Source: Felis catus (taxonomy: Eukaryota). From it: a DNA stretch of 64,000 nucleotides. This document shows positions 25,849-39,074 of the stretch, one piece after another (within the stretch, counting starts at the first letter, position 1; each line of letters opens with the position of its first letter). The notes below the pieces were generated by a model. The model was not told the DNA's origin, did no database searches, and saw nothing but the letters and a program-made list of their open reading frames with translations. The stretch is from the NCBI RefSeq assembly GCF_018350175.1, contig NC_058368.1:52888001-52952000 (forward strand). Reading direction: 5' to 3'. The position numbers and the translations under genes were made by a program.

Positions 25849-26744
25849 TTTGGATAGTCCCTGGAGTGGTGCGGAACTGCAGGGCACTTCCCCTGTGCTG
25901 TCTTGAATAACTTGCATTGGTGGGCAGGGCCGCAGTCAGACCTGATGTCTTCCCCCAGCCCACTGCTGGGGCCACAGTCAGACTGGTGTGTGCCTTCTCT
26001 TCCCCTCTCCTAGGGGCGGGATTCACTGTGGGGTGGCGTGGCCCGTCTGTGCTACTTGCACACTGCCAGGCTTGTGGTGCTGGGGATCTGGCGTATTAGC
26101 TGGAGTGGATCGGCAAGGTGCACAGGGGCGGGAGGGGTAGGCTCATCTCACTTTTCCTTCGGTGATCCACTTTGGGAGGGGCCCTGTGGCACCGGGAGGG
26201 AGTCAGACCTGCTGGAGGGATCGATCCACAGAAGCACAGCGTTGGGTGTTTGGGAGGTGTAAGCAAGCTCCCTGACAGAAGCTGGTTCTCTTTGTGGTTT
26301 TGGCTGGGGGATGGGCGAGGGAGATGGCGCTGGGGAGCACCTTTGTTCCCCGCCAAGCTGCGCTCTGTTGTGGGGGGCTCAACAACTCTCCCTCCCATTG
26401 TCCTCCAGCCCTCCTGCTCTCTCAGCAGATCTGTTAACTTATAACCTTCCAGATGTTAAGTCCTGCTTGCTGTCAGAACACATTCCATCAGGCCCCTCCG
26501 CTTTTGCAAGCCAGACTCGGGGGCTCTAGTTGGCCTGCGGGCCGCCCCTCCGTCCCGGCTCCCTCCTGCCAGACCGTGTAGAACGCACCACCTCTCCGCC
26601 CTTCCTATCCTCTTCCGTGGCCTCTCGTCTATGTTTGGCTCTGGAGAATCCGTTCTGCTAGTCTTCTGGCGGTTTTCTGGGTTATTTAGGCAGGTGTGGG
26701 TGGAATCTAAGTGATCAGGACACGGTGAGCCCAGCTTCCTCCTA

Positions 26745-26756
26745 CGCCGCCATCTT
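26745..26756 (-). promoter_or_regulatory. YY1 site at the L1 5' end (internal promoter)
   Basis: AAGATGGCGGCG about 10-20 bp from the L1 5' terminus, the canonical position. Confidence 0.75.
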
Positions 26757-27210
26757 CCCTGTTCCTTCCAGTCTGTGGCACTTTGATATGGAGCCCTAGC
26801 AAACTAGTAATTGATATAGGAGCTGACAAATACATAGACAGAAGGTAGGCTGCGGGACCCATGAGGCAACTGAAACCATGTACTAGTAGAAGTCACAAAC
26901 TAAAAGAGTGGTGGGATGGTTGCTCCAAAGGAAAAGGAGTTGTAAAAGCAGAAGAGAGTCTCTACTGGCCAAGCATGAAGGTAAGAGTCCATTGATTTCA
27001 GCTATTGAAGGGGAAAATTAGATGAACTAGGAAATTAGGGGTGACTTAAATATTGACTCATATCCTGATCCCTACACTGTGCTCCAGTTTGAGACTCAAC
27101 AAGATACTGCTTTTCATCGTCAGGGAAGGAGGAATTTGTAACTCTGAGGTCTGATTACACAACCAGGAGTCCTACCTGTCTCATGACTAGGTGTGTTTTT
27201 ATAACACACA

Positions 27211-27797
27211 TGTATTAGGTATTTATTTTTGTGTAACAAATTACCCCAAAACATAATGGCTTAAAACTGTAAACATTTATTATATTACAGTTTGTGTGGG
27301 TTAAAAAGCTGGTTGCAGTTTAAGTGGGTGCATCTGTCTCAAGTTCTATCACAAGCCTGCAATTCAGATTTTGCATTCAGGGCTGTGGTCTCATCTCAAG
27401 GCTCAACTGGGGAAGATCTGGTTCCAAGGCCACTAGTGTGGTCATTGGTAGAATTCAGTTACTCCCTGGCATTGCACTGAGAGCCCTGTTCTCTCTGGCT
27501 GTTGACCAGAGGGGCCTATCAAATTGCATGCCAAATGCGGCTCTTGAGAGACAACTCACATGACAGCTGGTTTCATGAAAGCAAGCAAGGGATAGAGCAA
27601 GATAGTATGACAACATGGAAGTCACTCTTTCTTTGTAACCTAATTTCAGAAGTAACATCCCATCCCTTTAAACATATTTTATTTGTTACAAACAAGTCAC
27701 TAGGTCCAGCCCACACTAAAGGAGAGGGCATTACATGAAGATATGAGTACCAGAAAGTGGAGATCATGGGGAGCCATGTCAGAAGTTGCCTAAAGCA
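27211..27797 (-). mobile_element. MaLR solo LTR (MLT1F-like)
   Basis: TGTATTAG...GTAACAAATTACCCCAAAAC...GTCACTAGGTCCAGCCCACACT...GAGCCATGTCAGAAG. Confidence 0.82.
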
Positions 27798-28917
27798 TAG
27801 AGTCTAGGAAACCTTTTTTCTAAATCGGGTGAATTTGTCCGCTTTATCATACAATGGGCTCTATGGATACAGAGATGTACAGTTCCGTCTCTCCCGTTAA
27901 TTGATTCACAGCACTTGTCAGAGTTCTATAAATGTGAATGGAAGTGAATGATGTCCAGGTCTCCTGTCTTCAAATATTCTGAATTATAAGTATAAAACTG
28001 TGTACTTCTGTTTGATAGTTGATTGCCAAACCCGACCTCTCAGATGAATATTTGTTCTCCTTTCTATACAGCTGAATAACTCTGACTGAATATTTTGCTT
28101 ACGTAATTGGAGTCTATGTAGTTTAAATCAATGCATGGAATTGCTGAATTTAGTTCACATGACTATAGATAGTAGGGCATTGACAGAAAATGGATATTTT
28201 ATTTATATAACTTTAAATCTCGAGGTTTTTAGGCAATAAAACTGTCTTTGGATATTATTACCTATTTATGAAATGTGCCATTTTCATTTCAGACTTACCA
28301 GACCTATTCTTCTACTGTAGTAAAATGAATGCATTCTACCCAAAAAATGAAACTCATGTTCATGGAATAAATTGAAATATTTAATAGACACATGCAAACA
28401 CAGAGGGCTGCCATTACCATATAGTAAGTAGGAAAAATGCACTTTGCAGGAGCTAAAATGTCATCTTAATTATAATTGAATGTGTTGATTAGTAGGGAAA
28501 TTTTAAAAAGGCAAGTATCCGATGATTAGTGACAAACTCTTTGTGTGTAGCAGCAATTGAACAATTTGGTGTCTCACAAGACATTAAAGAGAAAGTAGAG
28601 AGTGTGTTTTGACCAGAATAAATATGTACAAAATAAATATGTACAGATATATTCGATAATTATAAGGGGATTCACCATAAGGCTGAAGTATGGCTAGGGG
28701 AAGGAGGGAACACGTTTGAAATGCATTAAGAAGGAGATCATAGAACGAATTTCCTAACTGATATTCTTCCAAGGAAGGAAATCAAATATTCCTCTACTGT
28801 GTTTTTTTTACCCAAATTTTATTATGAAAATTTTCAAGCACAAAGTTGAAAGAATTGTTGTTTTACTATACTTGCTTTACCTATCCATTTGCCCATCCAT
28901 CAATCCTTCACATCTTC

Positions 28918-29134
28918 TTAAAATTTTAAGTTTATTTATTTATTTTGAGAGAGAGAGAGAGAGAGACAGCATGAGTGGGGGAGGGGCAGAGAGAGAGGTG
29001 AGAGATTCCCAAGCAGGTTCTGTGCTGGCAGCGCAGAGTCCGATGTGGGACTCCAACTTAGGAAACCATGCGGTTATGACCTGAACCAAAACCGAGAGTC
29101 AGATGCTCAACCGACTGAGCCACCCAGGCACCCC
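28918..29134 (-). mobile_element. CAN-SINE
   Basis: Reverse SINE ending CCACCCAGGCACCCC; adjoins an old L1M 3' fragment (about 28800-28910). Confidence 0.93.
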
Positions 29135-29919
29135 AACTTTTCGAATCTTAAGGGCAGTGTGACAATTATATTTTGGGGATGACTGAATCGGTTGTGCAAG
29201 AAGATGCCTTAGATCCATGATTCTCAGTGTGAGAAGGGAAAGTGCGGGGTGTAGTAGGGTCTGAATAACTCCTACTTGCCCCCCACCCCTGAAGCATAGC
29301 CACCGTTACTGATTGTGTGTTAGGGCAGCAGAACTGCTGACCTAGGTGATGTTGTAGTCCTTCTTCTACTCCTCCAATTCTATGCAAATACTCAATTATC
29401 TTTTCCTGCCAGTCTCTCTAATTCTTATTCTCCTTTCTAATCCAAAAAATCCTCATTGCTATGTGAGGTCTTTCCTGACTATGGGTTTTTGTTGCTCTCA
29501 TGACTTTTTTGGAATTTCCTTTTCTGGCTTTCTTTTCTTCTTCTTCTTTTTTTTTTAAGTCCATACTCTACACCGTGAAGTGGAGCATTCAATTTTATAG
29601 AGTGTTACGTAATTTGACATTTCATTTGTGAACTTATATTTAAGGACCTGCTCCCTCTCTCCTCCCAGCACACTGTAAGCCTTTTGTCAAAACTTGCTGG
29701 GTGGACCAGTGTACATTTACAGGAGTTTAGGATCTCATGATGGGTAAAGGCTTGTCGTTGGGAGGTAGGTCAACTCTGCATTACTTAACTCTGTGTCACA
29801 ATCTTTCACCATTAGATTAGATTTTCTATACCAGGAAGCAGTTTTACTAAAAGAAAACTACAAATCAAATTATTGTTATCCTACACATTTATAAGAATTT
29901 ATTCTGATTGGGCATGTAA

Positions 29920-30434
29920 TTGGGTCAGTGATTTTTAGTGAAAGGAGCCCTGAAAACTACTTTTCCCAGGATCCTTTGTCCCTGGTTTCCCGTCAGGTTT
30001 GGCCAGTGGGAGGCACTGGTGGGAGATTGGAGGATGGGAGGAAAGGAAATTGCTCCCCTCCCCTCCACCATCCCCTACCAACTCCTCTTTGCGTAGCATT
30101 TCTGACAGAGACTTCAAGACTCGGGACATGGCTTCATGTCCTGTGAAAAAGCATATCCTTCCATGGTTCATTCAGGGTAGGCTCTGTCTTGTTTTAAATT
30201 ACCACCACAATGGCTGGCTTCTGAGACCTGCCTATACCTTTGCATCACTCTATCATTTAAGCCTTTGGGGTTGTGGCTGCTTTTTGCTGTTGCTAATCTC
30301 TGACGTGTCTCACAGTTCCCTGTTTGGCTTCTTTGCTCTTCCAACACTTCTATCTCTAATTCCACATATAAAATCACCTCTATTGAATTACCTAGCACTG
30401 GTGCTGTATTCCTGATGGAACAGTGACTGAAACA
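29920..30434 (+). mobile_element. ERVL solo LTR (LTR33-like)
   Basis: GGTTTGGCCAGTGGGAGGCACTGGTGGGAGATTGGAGG and 3' end AATTACCTAGCACTGGTGCTGTATTCCTGA...GACTGAAACA. Confidence 0.7.
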
Positions 30435-31879
30435 ATATCAGGATCTCCTCTCCCCCTTCATCCCCAAGAAGGCATATGATCTGTAGGCATACGATCAGTG
30501 TTTCTGATATACAAAGGTGCTTTAAAAAAGGAACTGAAGCTTTCGTACTGAATGGAAAACTTGTACGTAGTTAATGCCCATAACTTTATAGAACGTGTCT
30601 AATATTTCCATTTGAATTTACGTTTTTGTTCATATAATGAACTTAAGGCTCTCCCAACTCTGAAACAGACATGGTTTTCCCGCTTTTGTTTTGAGTGTAT
30701 CTCTGCACCTTCTAAAATGATGCAATACTTAATAGGAGTTGACACTAAAACGAAGCCCCCACCATCATCTAAAAAATAATCACATTTTTCTGTTCTCCCT
30801 TGGGTCCAAAGACCCAAAGACCCAAGCTGCTAACAGTCCACAACAAGTTCACTCAGGGAAACAGAACTCTGGACTAAAGGATCAAGGGACAGGGCAGGAA
30901 AGAGAGCAGGAAAAGGACTGAGCCCAGAGGTAGGACAAGAGGAACTCTCCTCAATATCCCCTCCCTGGCTTCGTTTGGAAACTCTATATTTTCTCAGTCA
31001 CAGCTCCTGCATGTGGGCTTTCAGCAGTTGGCAGCCCTCCAGTTGAGCACTTCATCTAACACAACAGCTCTAATTTTCAAATATTGACTTGAAGACTTCG
31101 TCTCCCTGGTGCCAGCTCAATTCCTAAACATTATTGCATTTAAAGCTTTGATTATCATGATGTACTATTGGGGGTTCCGGTTATCAAACTAAATTCATCT
31201 TTATGGAATTTCTTTTATTGTAGTTCAGCAAAGGTAGCACACCTGTATGTAGTCTCACATAAAGGATGCCAAATCCATGTTTAAATATGCATTATGCGAA
31301 GATTTATATTTAAAATGAACTTGAAATCTACAAATTACATATCAAGGATGATGAATGTTATGTAACTGGACACCTTATAAGTAAAATTGTGTGCTGCTCA
31401 TTTAGGATATGCAAAATCGTCTGCTTTTAGTATTTTAGAGGCAGAGTCATTTTCACCGGCTTGACGTTCGAAAGTGTACCCTGCATTTGATCAGGGCGGT
31501 TGGAAGCATAGGACATGGCGAAAGGAAAATAAGATTAATATTTATGAGTTGGCAATAGTTTTCCACAAGAAAGAATACCATATTACCATATTTTTTCAAT
31601 GTGAAAAGATATGATAATTACCATGGGGAACAGTACATTTTAATAAAATGTTCAAAATAGTTGTAAAAATAGGTACTAGACTTTATATGCAAGAATTAAG
31701 GAAATCAAGTAGAACCAATTGAGAAATAGGTTGTGTGAAACACAGTTCAAGTAAGAAACTGCTTTCTTTTTTCTCTTCCATTTTGGCTCGGTAGCCCTGA
31801 GAATAAATGGTTAAAGAGATAAAAAACACCGATTTTACAATAGACTTATTAATAAAGGCCATCTATTTGATTATTACAA

Positions 31880-32350
31880 AATAAGGTTGGGCAAAGTGGA
31901 CAAAGATTGGGAAGGGCATTCAAAGCAATTGAAACATTATTCGTGAAGTCTTAAAAATGTGGGACAGCATTTCCCCTTTCAAGATTACAGTAGATTCATT
32001 CCTACTGGAGGGAAGATCTCCAAGGGAAGGACAGCAGCAGAGAGGCAGGTGTGAGAGCCTGGGCCCATGAGTCAGGGATCTCCAGTGCTGTGTTCAGAAG
32101 TTTGACCGTTATTCATGGGCAGGTAGGAGCCATCAGCATGTCTTAACTGAAGGTCTCCAGGGGCAACCCTTACACTGGGAGCACTGGAGAAGATGAGCTA
32201 AAAGATAGAGAGTGTGGAGAAAACAACAATTCAGAAACTATTGGAATAATCCAGGGGAGAATTCATGAAGTCTGAATTAAGATAGAGATAGTGGAGATAT
32301 AAGGTATGAATGGGGAGAGGAGGTAAAATTTAATACATATTTAAGAATAG
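31880..32350 (-). mobile_element. L2 fragment
   Basis: Antisense L2 motifs, e.g. CTATTGGAATAATCCAGGGGAGA. Confidence 0.55.
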
Positions 32351-33157
32351 AAATTGATTAAGATGATTTATGGCCCTCAACAATTGGACATCTTTCAATC
32401 ATTCACTCGGATTCAATTAAAACACAAATGTGTTCAACAAATTAAAGAATAACACCACCAATCCCTGAAGCTAATATAATATGGTATGTCAACTATAATT
32501 TTAAAAAATAGAAAAAAATTACTTAAAAAACAGTAATGTGTATCATCAGGAAAGAATTAACAGTATTTCAGTTCCATCTCTTCTACACATGCATGAATCT
32601 CATCTATGAATCTAACATAATCATTCAGTCTTTGTTTGATCCTTCAAAGTAACTATGCCTCTCTCTATACACAGCCTTTCCATTATGGTACACTTCATTA
32701 TTTTCATTTCTCCCTTATGTTGATCAGAGATTTATCTTGCTGAAACGCCTACCCATTGGTTTTTTGAAGAAACTCCTACCCATTTGGTTTTATTCTGTGA
32801 TACTAGAAACAGTCTAACTTCCATTTATCTGGCCATACTGCAGACATTTAATGATGGCTGTATTCCCGGTTAAACTTGTTTTGCTAATCATCCACGTTTC
32901 CTTTATTTTTATCTTCAAACTCTTTTCACTCTCTGATGTCAATGGCTCCCTTATAAAATGAAGATCAAGATTCCACAGTATTTTACATGTGGTAAGATCA
33001 GCACAGGGATGGGGATCCTCAGCTCTAGGGCAGAATTTATTTCAAGGCCTTACGTATTTGTTCTCTAAGTTAGTTACTGGCACCCTATCTCTTCTTTACC
33101 ACCTTCTTCATATTTCTATCACCTGCTCCCCAACACTTTCAAGATTTCATAGAACTC

Positions 33158-33262
33158 TTTTTTTTTAAATGATCTCGACACCCCTACAGCTGATGTGGAG
33201 CTCGAACTCACAAACCTGAGATTGAGTTGCATGCTCCACTGACTGAGCCAGCCAGGCGCCCC
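33158..33262 (-). mobile_element. Short tRNA-Lys-derived carnivore SINE (SINEC_old-like, no CT tract)
   Basis: Reverse complement GGGGCGCCTGGCTGGCTCAGTCAGTGGAGCATGCAACTC...GTTCGAGCTCCAC...AGATCATTTAAAA; TSD GATTTCATAGAA(C/T)TCTT. Confidence 0.88.
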
Positions 33263-34369
33263 ATGATTTCATAGAATTCTTATTAAGAATGGGAGAACTG
33301 GTATTCTGATTAGGTATATTTTATTTTTATTAGTTTTAGAATGATGACAAGTCTTTGGAAAATAGGAAAGAAATGTATTCTCACAAAATCTTGGGTAATG
33401 TCTTGACTCCTACCAACTGCAGTAAATGACTCCTTGTGGAACAATTAAATTAGGACTGGGCGAGGGAATTCTGTTCAATTCAGGGGAATCAGGGAGGGTA
33501 ATGCAAAGCCCAGTTAATCCCAAAATATATGGCTCCAGAGGTGGTAGCTGTCTTCCTCAACAGCCTATCAACAACGAGGCAATTTGCTGCTTGATACATA
33601 CACTGTTCATTTATCATAGGCCTTTCCTTCTTTCATTCTTGTTTAGCCAGCACATAACTGATTCCCTCTTCCCTCTAACCATTCACTCATTTTTATTGTT
33701 TCATTCTGAACTCCCTCCAAGTTGTCAGCATATTTCTTTTATCTAAATGCCCCAAACTGTTATAAAAATCATCAGAAAGGAATATCTGATAATTTTTGAT
33801 GGAAACACCATTAATATTAAATACTCCCTGAACTTCATTATGTTTAACTCTGCACATGACCTTCAAAAACTTTAGTTCTTACTCTCAAGGAGTTTCCATT
33901 CCAGTAGAAGTACAAAAACATGTATGCTGACTTTGATCGCATCCCCATGTCTGTTCTAAGCCATACTGAGATGATTTTCCAAGCTGACAATAATGATTTG
34001 CTCTGTCTTTCAACAGCTCTACCGGGAGAGTATAATGGGGGGAGTAGTGGGTTAACCATGGCATATAAGGCTGGTCCACTTAAAAGTGGCACAGAAAGAT
34101 TTAACAGTGTTGTCCAGGGTGGAGGGTGTTTAATGATCTCATTTAGCAAGCAAGATGGAATTGCCCAAGTTCAAGATGGGTAAAATGTATCTTCAGTAGA
34201 TGTCATAGCTACCGACCATCCGATGGCACAGAAAGTAGCCCCTAGAAAGACCAGAGACATGATACACTCAGGTTAGAGAGACCTTTGTAGCATTGGCAGG
34301 ATGTATTAGAAGAAAGCCAAGCTTGTCATAGGAATCACTGATAACAGGCTTTATATTTAAAGTCTGTAC

Positions 34370-34597
34370 TTTTTTTTTAATGTTTACTTATTTATTTTGG
34401 GAAAGAGACAGAGAGAGAGAGAGTGTGCATGTGCACGAGCAAGGGAAGGGCACAGACAGAGGGAGAGAGAGAGAGAGAGAGAGAATCCCAAGCAGGCTCC
34501 GCACTGTCAGCACAGAGCCCGATATGGGGCTCGATCCCACAAACTGTGAGATCATGACCTGAGCTGTCAGATGCTGACTGAGCCGCCCAGGTGCCTC
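34370..34597 (-). mobile_element. CAN-SINE
   Basis: Reverse SINE; TSD TAAAG(T/C)CT(G/A)TACTTT. Confidence 0.93.
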
Positions 34598-34825
34598 TAA
34601 AGCCTATACTTTGAGCAACTGCTTGAGAGAAATCAAGATCCAGTAATATATACCCAGAAGCAAGAAATAGGCCCCACAAAATACTCTGGAGCAGTCCTAA
34701 GAAAACACTGGGTATCTTGAATCTGAATTCTCCTCTTTCTGGTTAATGACTAAAAATCTGTTAGGAAGACTTCTGTTCTCACAATTCCCCATCCTTCCTA
34801 GGGTACTAAAATTAGGTATCTAGAA

Positions 34826-34958
34826 GAGGGTCTTTTAACCTTGGCATAATTGACAATTTGGAAGGAAGAATTCTTTATTGTGGGGCATGTCTTATGTGCC
34901 ATACGGTGATTAGCATCATCCCTGACCTCCACGTACTCAGTGCCAGTACCACACTCTT
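34826..34958. mobile_element. MER20 fragment (hAT-Charlie) abutting a MIR (about 34960-35130)
   Basis: AACCTTGGCATAATTGACAATTTGG...TTGTGGGG...AGCATCATCCCTGACCTCCAC. Confidence 0.75.
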
Positions 34959-36115
34959 ACAACTTGGGTAAGTTATCTGTGTTCTCTAAGGCTCAATTTG
35001 CTCATCTGTAAGATGGGGATAATAATAGTACTTATCTTATTGGGCTGTTGGGAGGATTAAAGATGCTAAATGAAAATCCAGCAGCACGGTGTTTACCACA
35101 CAGCAAGCCAGGATATATATTTTAGCTATTGTTCATTTGGTTTCTATGTAGTTTACAGAATAAATGTTCAGTACTTCTTGATATTTTCCTTGGTCAATTG
35201 CTCAAGTCAGAGATCCATTTGAGATAGTGTTAAATTTGAAACACAAACCCTGTGAGGCCCATATGATTTTTTTTTACTCAATATTTTTGGGCAAAAAGGG
35301 GACAAATCAGGAAAGATGACCCTGGTAAGACTGCTGTCATATTGAGGCTTTTTCCATTTCAGTGTCCAATATTTTACTCAACATTGAAAAACAAAAAACA
35401 AAAAAAGGATAGAAATCAGGTTGAAGAAAGAGAAGGAATGGCAATTGTTCTTAAAAGATTCTTTAGGTTATCCATCCTAGACTATAAATCCTAGAGGACA
35501 AAGATAAGGGTCTGTAACGAATTCTGTATCTGTTTTGACTTGCTTTTCTCTAGTAATGAAGAATACCTGAATGCTGTGGGTTGAAGAAAACACTGTACAA
35601 TTTTGTGTTCTTTAAAATTCATTCCAGAAACTTCTGTTGAACAAATTACTTGACCAACCTGTCACATTTGTTCCCGGAACAAACCATTTCCATTAAAGCA
35701 TAAGCTCAGGTGGATTTGTGTTTGGCTTTTTAATCTACCATCAGATTGTATTTCTTCTTTCTCCTTCACCACTTCCTGTTCCCACGCAAAAACACCTGGA
35801 GTCTTCCAAGCTGCCAGTAATTCCTTCTCTCAGAGTTCACCAACATAGCAGAGGAAAGCACCTAATTAGAGTAAATAATTTGATAAAGTGCATTGGCTAG
35901 AAAATTAATTCAGAATAGCTGGAAAATGAATAATGGCAGTGGTTTGAAATGTGATTGGAGCCCTGTTCAGAAAAAGAAAAAAAGTGTAGAGGAAAATCTG
36001 TGATCATGATAAGTAGCAGTTCATCCATTCAGAAGGAGTCATCCAGGGACACCAGAAAGATCAGTATTAAGCCACATCTTAGGATCTTAACTACAGGTAT
36101 TAGAAATATCATAAA

Positions 36116-36410
36116 ATAAATAAACGTTAAAAATTAAAAAAAAATCTGTCTCTCTCTGTCTCAAAAATAAATAAACGTTAAAAAAATTTTTTAAAAAGGG
36201 GTGCCTGGGTAGCTCAGTGGTTAAGTGTCTGACTTCTGCTCGGGTCATGATCTCACGGTCCGTGAGTTTGAGCCCTGCGTCGGGCTCCGTGCTGACACCT
36301 CAGAGGCTGGAGCCTGTTTCAGATTCTGTGTCTCCCTCTCTCTCTGACGCTCCCCCGTTCATGCTCTGTCTCTCTCTATCTCAAAAATAAATAAAAGTTA
36401 ACAAAATTTT
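36116..36410 (+). mobile_element. Composite SINEC_Fc insertion: two 3' fragments followed by one full SINE (36198-36410)
   Basis: Single TSD TTAGAAATATCATAAA at 36100-36115 and 36411-36426. Confidence 0.9.
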
Positions 36411-37759
36411 TTAGAAATATCATAAACAGAGCACCAATTCAATTGTAAAAGGTATTAATTAGATCATATGAACACAAGAGAAGATAAAGAAACGGGGCAA
36501 AAGGACTTGTGAAAAATAGCAGTATCAAGAAATAAGGAATGTCAAATGGGAAGATGAAGTCTAATATATTTGGAAGCAAGTTCATTTTAAAACCCCTATA
36601 TTTAATTCCATGCCATTAATAATGCAGCACATCTGGGAAGAAGCATTTGGATGAGAGTAGTACTTAAAAAGATTTAAATATGATCATGATTAAACCCAAA
36701 AAGTAGATATGATTTTGCAATGTGAATCTGGAGATATTGTCAGTGTGATCTGGGCTACAGAACCAGCCAGTCATTGTCAAACAGATAAGGTATGAACTTT
36801 TTTTTTTTTTTTTTTACTGTTTAGAGTACTGTTCTCCTCCTAATGGGGATCTTAGTCAAAAAGCATCTGGGTGTCTGGGCAAAGTACATGATAGACACAC
36901 TGAAGAACAAGCAGAACAAATATAAAATAAAATATGACTAATGAGTAAGATGACCTTTTAAAACTTATCAACTCAGGTTAAGGTGTGCTAGGCTTTGTAG
37001 TTATAAAGGTCAATCATAGTGAAGGGAAGGTACAGAAGTTATAGTTCTTCCCCATGAGGAAATCATAATCTAATGAGTACAAGAGGAATTGACACAAACC
37101 AAAATGCGTATGTGGGTGGGGGGTGGGCTTATTGTTCCTTGCAGGTACAGAGTAGGAAGGTATTCAATAATTTTAGGGAAATTAATTAGGAAAATAGAGG
37201 CATTTGAATAGGACATTGACAGATAACTTGTATTTGGAAAGATGAATGAGGATTATAGCAGACTGAGGGAAGAGAATGAGTGAAGGGTGGACAGCAGCCC
37301 CAACCAAGGGAACAGATGGCCAAAGGACAGTGTGTAGGCTATACGAGGAAGAGGAGGTAGGAAAGGTGGAGAGCAGGCCAGGCCCGGAACAGAATGGATG
37401 AAGGGTGGAGGGCAGGCCAGACCAAGGGAACGTGATGGATACAGCACACAGGGCAGCCAATCTAAGGGAACAGACTGAACTAGAGGGCAGAGGGCAATGC
37501 GCAGACACCTCTCTGAGGAAAAATGATTGAAAGAATGGGTTCTCCTGAAAAATACCTGAAGAATTCTTTAAACAAGTGCATCTCTATTCTCAAAGACGAA
37601 AAGTGATTTCGACTTGGAGATAGATGTGTTTAGAATGACCAGTTAAGTAGAAATAATGGTGTTTTCTAAACTCTATAATTTCAAATTATATAATTCAGGT
37701 GATAGCAGATGAGAAAATATCTTAACATAAAGCGACAGTCGATCTAAGTAGTAGAGAAG

Positions 37760-38000
37760 TGTCACAGGTTTGGAGCAACACATGGGTGAATCCGGACTCT
37801 AACTTTCTACCTTTGACAAAGGGAAAACTAATTAGATGTAATGAGCTCAAGTTTTATTTCCTATAAAAATAAAGAAAATAGTTTCTACTTCCTAGGTCAT
37901 GTTGTGTTAGGTATTAGTGAAATCATACTTGTAACGTTTCGTCACAGTGCTATTCACATAGTAAGTGCTCAATGAGTAGTAGCTGTATTATTATTCTAAC
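37760..38000 (+). mobile_element. MIR
   Basis: TTTGGAGC...GGGTGAATCC...CACATAGTAAGTGCTCAAT. Confidence 0.7.
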
Positions 38001-39074
38001 CACTACTATTATTGTTTTCTAACTAAATGACACTGGGTCTCATGTTAACTATGAAAAGTTAAGAATCTTAATGATATCTTTTTCAAGTTTGAATTTACAT
38101 ATTCTTCTTAATTTACTCCCTTGTCATAAATCCAAAACCTAGGAAAAGAGTCACTTAACCCTTTCATGCTGCTATGACTGCAATCCCGTCAGGAGTATAA
38201 TCACTGCAACCCCTTGCCTCCTCCCCCCCCCCTCCTGTCCTACTTAGGACCATCAGATAACTTAGTTCCTAGGAAAAATACACATATTATATCACAAATT
38301 TAACATCACATAGATGATTGTGAATCAGTTTCATCTTCCAAATACCATGGTTTAATTCCTTTATAAAGGAAATGGTTACTTATTGACATTCATTGACCTT
38401 GTTGGTGTAAGCAGCATAGAATTAAATACCAAGTTAATTAAAAATACTTGAAACTATCAGACACATCTTGAAAACTTAATATTTTTTTCTCTAGTAGAGA
38501 ATTTTACAGAACAAAGCAACTTATTTAGCTTATGTGATTTGCCAGGTTTAATTTCTCTTTGCTACCAGTCATGGTGGAAGGTGGGGAGTAGGGAAAGTTC
38601 CTTTCTGCTCTTCCCATCTCTGAATTCCCATTTAATATGGTCAAGTCCATTTCCATCCTCTGCCACCCCATAGTTTTGTTCCTTATCATGGCACCCATGA
38701 GCTCTTCAACAACATCCTCTCTCCTTCCTTCTCTACTCATTCCCTTCTTTTATCCATCTTGTGATATCACTGTGGGATAAAGCCCCGTGCAACCTCACCA
38801 TCTCAGACACATCCTTTAACTTCCCATTGCCTCTAGGAAATAGCTCACCTCCTCAGCCCTACATCCAAGACCATATATAATCTAACCTATCCAACTCTAT
38901 CTTCCTTGCTCAACTCTAATGGGGGTCATTTCTTCAGTGACCATCACATATCCCATGATTGTCTTTACTCCAAGTTTTCTTTATACTATAATTCTTTTTC
39001 CAACCAACAGGTCCTTCCTATCAACTAAATCCTCCCTATCCGTTAGACCCAGCTAAGTCCCAAAACCAACATGA

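Larger units (their letters stand above)
20574..26767 (-). mobile_element. Full-length felid LINE-1 (L1_Fc-like), inactivated
   Basis: GC/CpG-rich 5' UTR, ORF1, ORF2, 3' UTR with AATAAA and poly(A); perfect 17-bp TSD CCAGTCTGTGGCACTTT at 20557-20573 and 26768-26784. Confidence 0.98.
19195..26818 (+). mobile_element. MLT1C-like MaLR solo LTR in three pieces (19195-19545, 20475-20573, 26768-~26818)
   Basis: Starts TGTTATGGGTTGAATTGTGTC; pieces rejoin collinearly (AGATTCTCCCTCACAGCC / GACACCTTGATCTCAGACTT / GCCCTAGCAAACTA) once the two L1s are removed. Confidence 0.88.

Noticed and set aside
33158..33262. tRNA-Lys-like sequence
   Set aside because: It has an A tail, a TSD and a degenerate cloverleaf, so it is a SINE, not a functional tRNA
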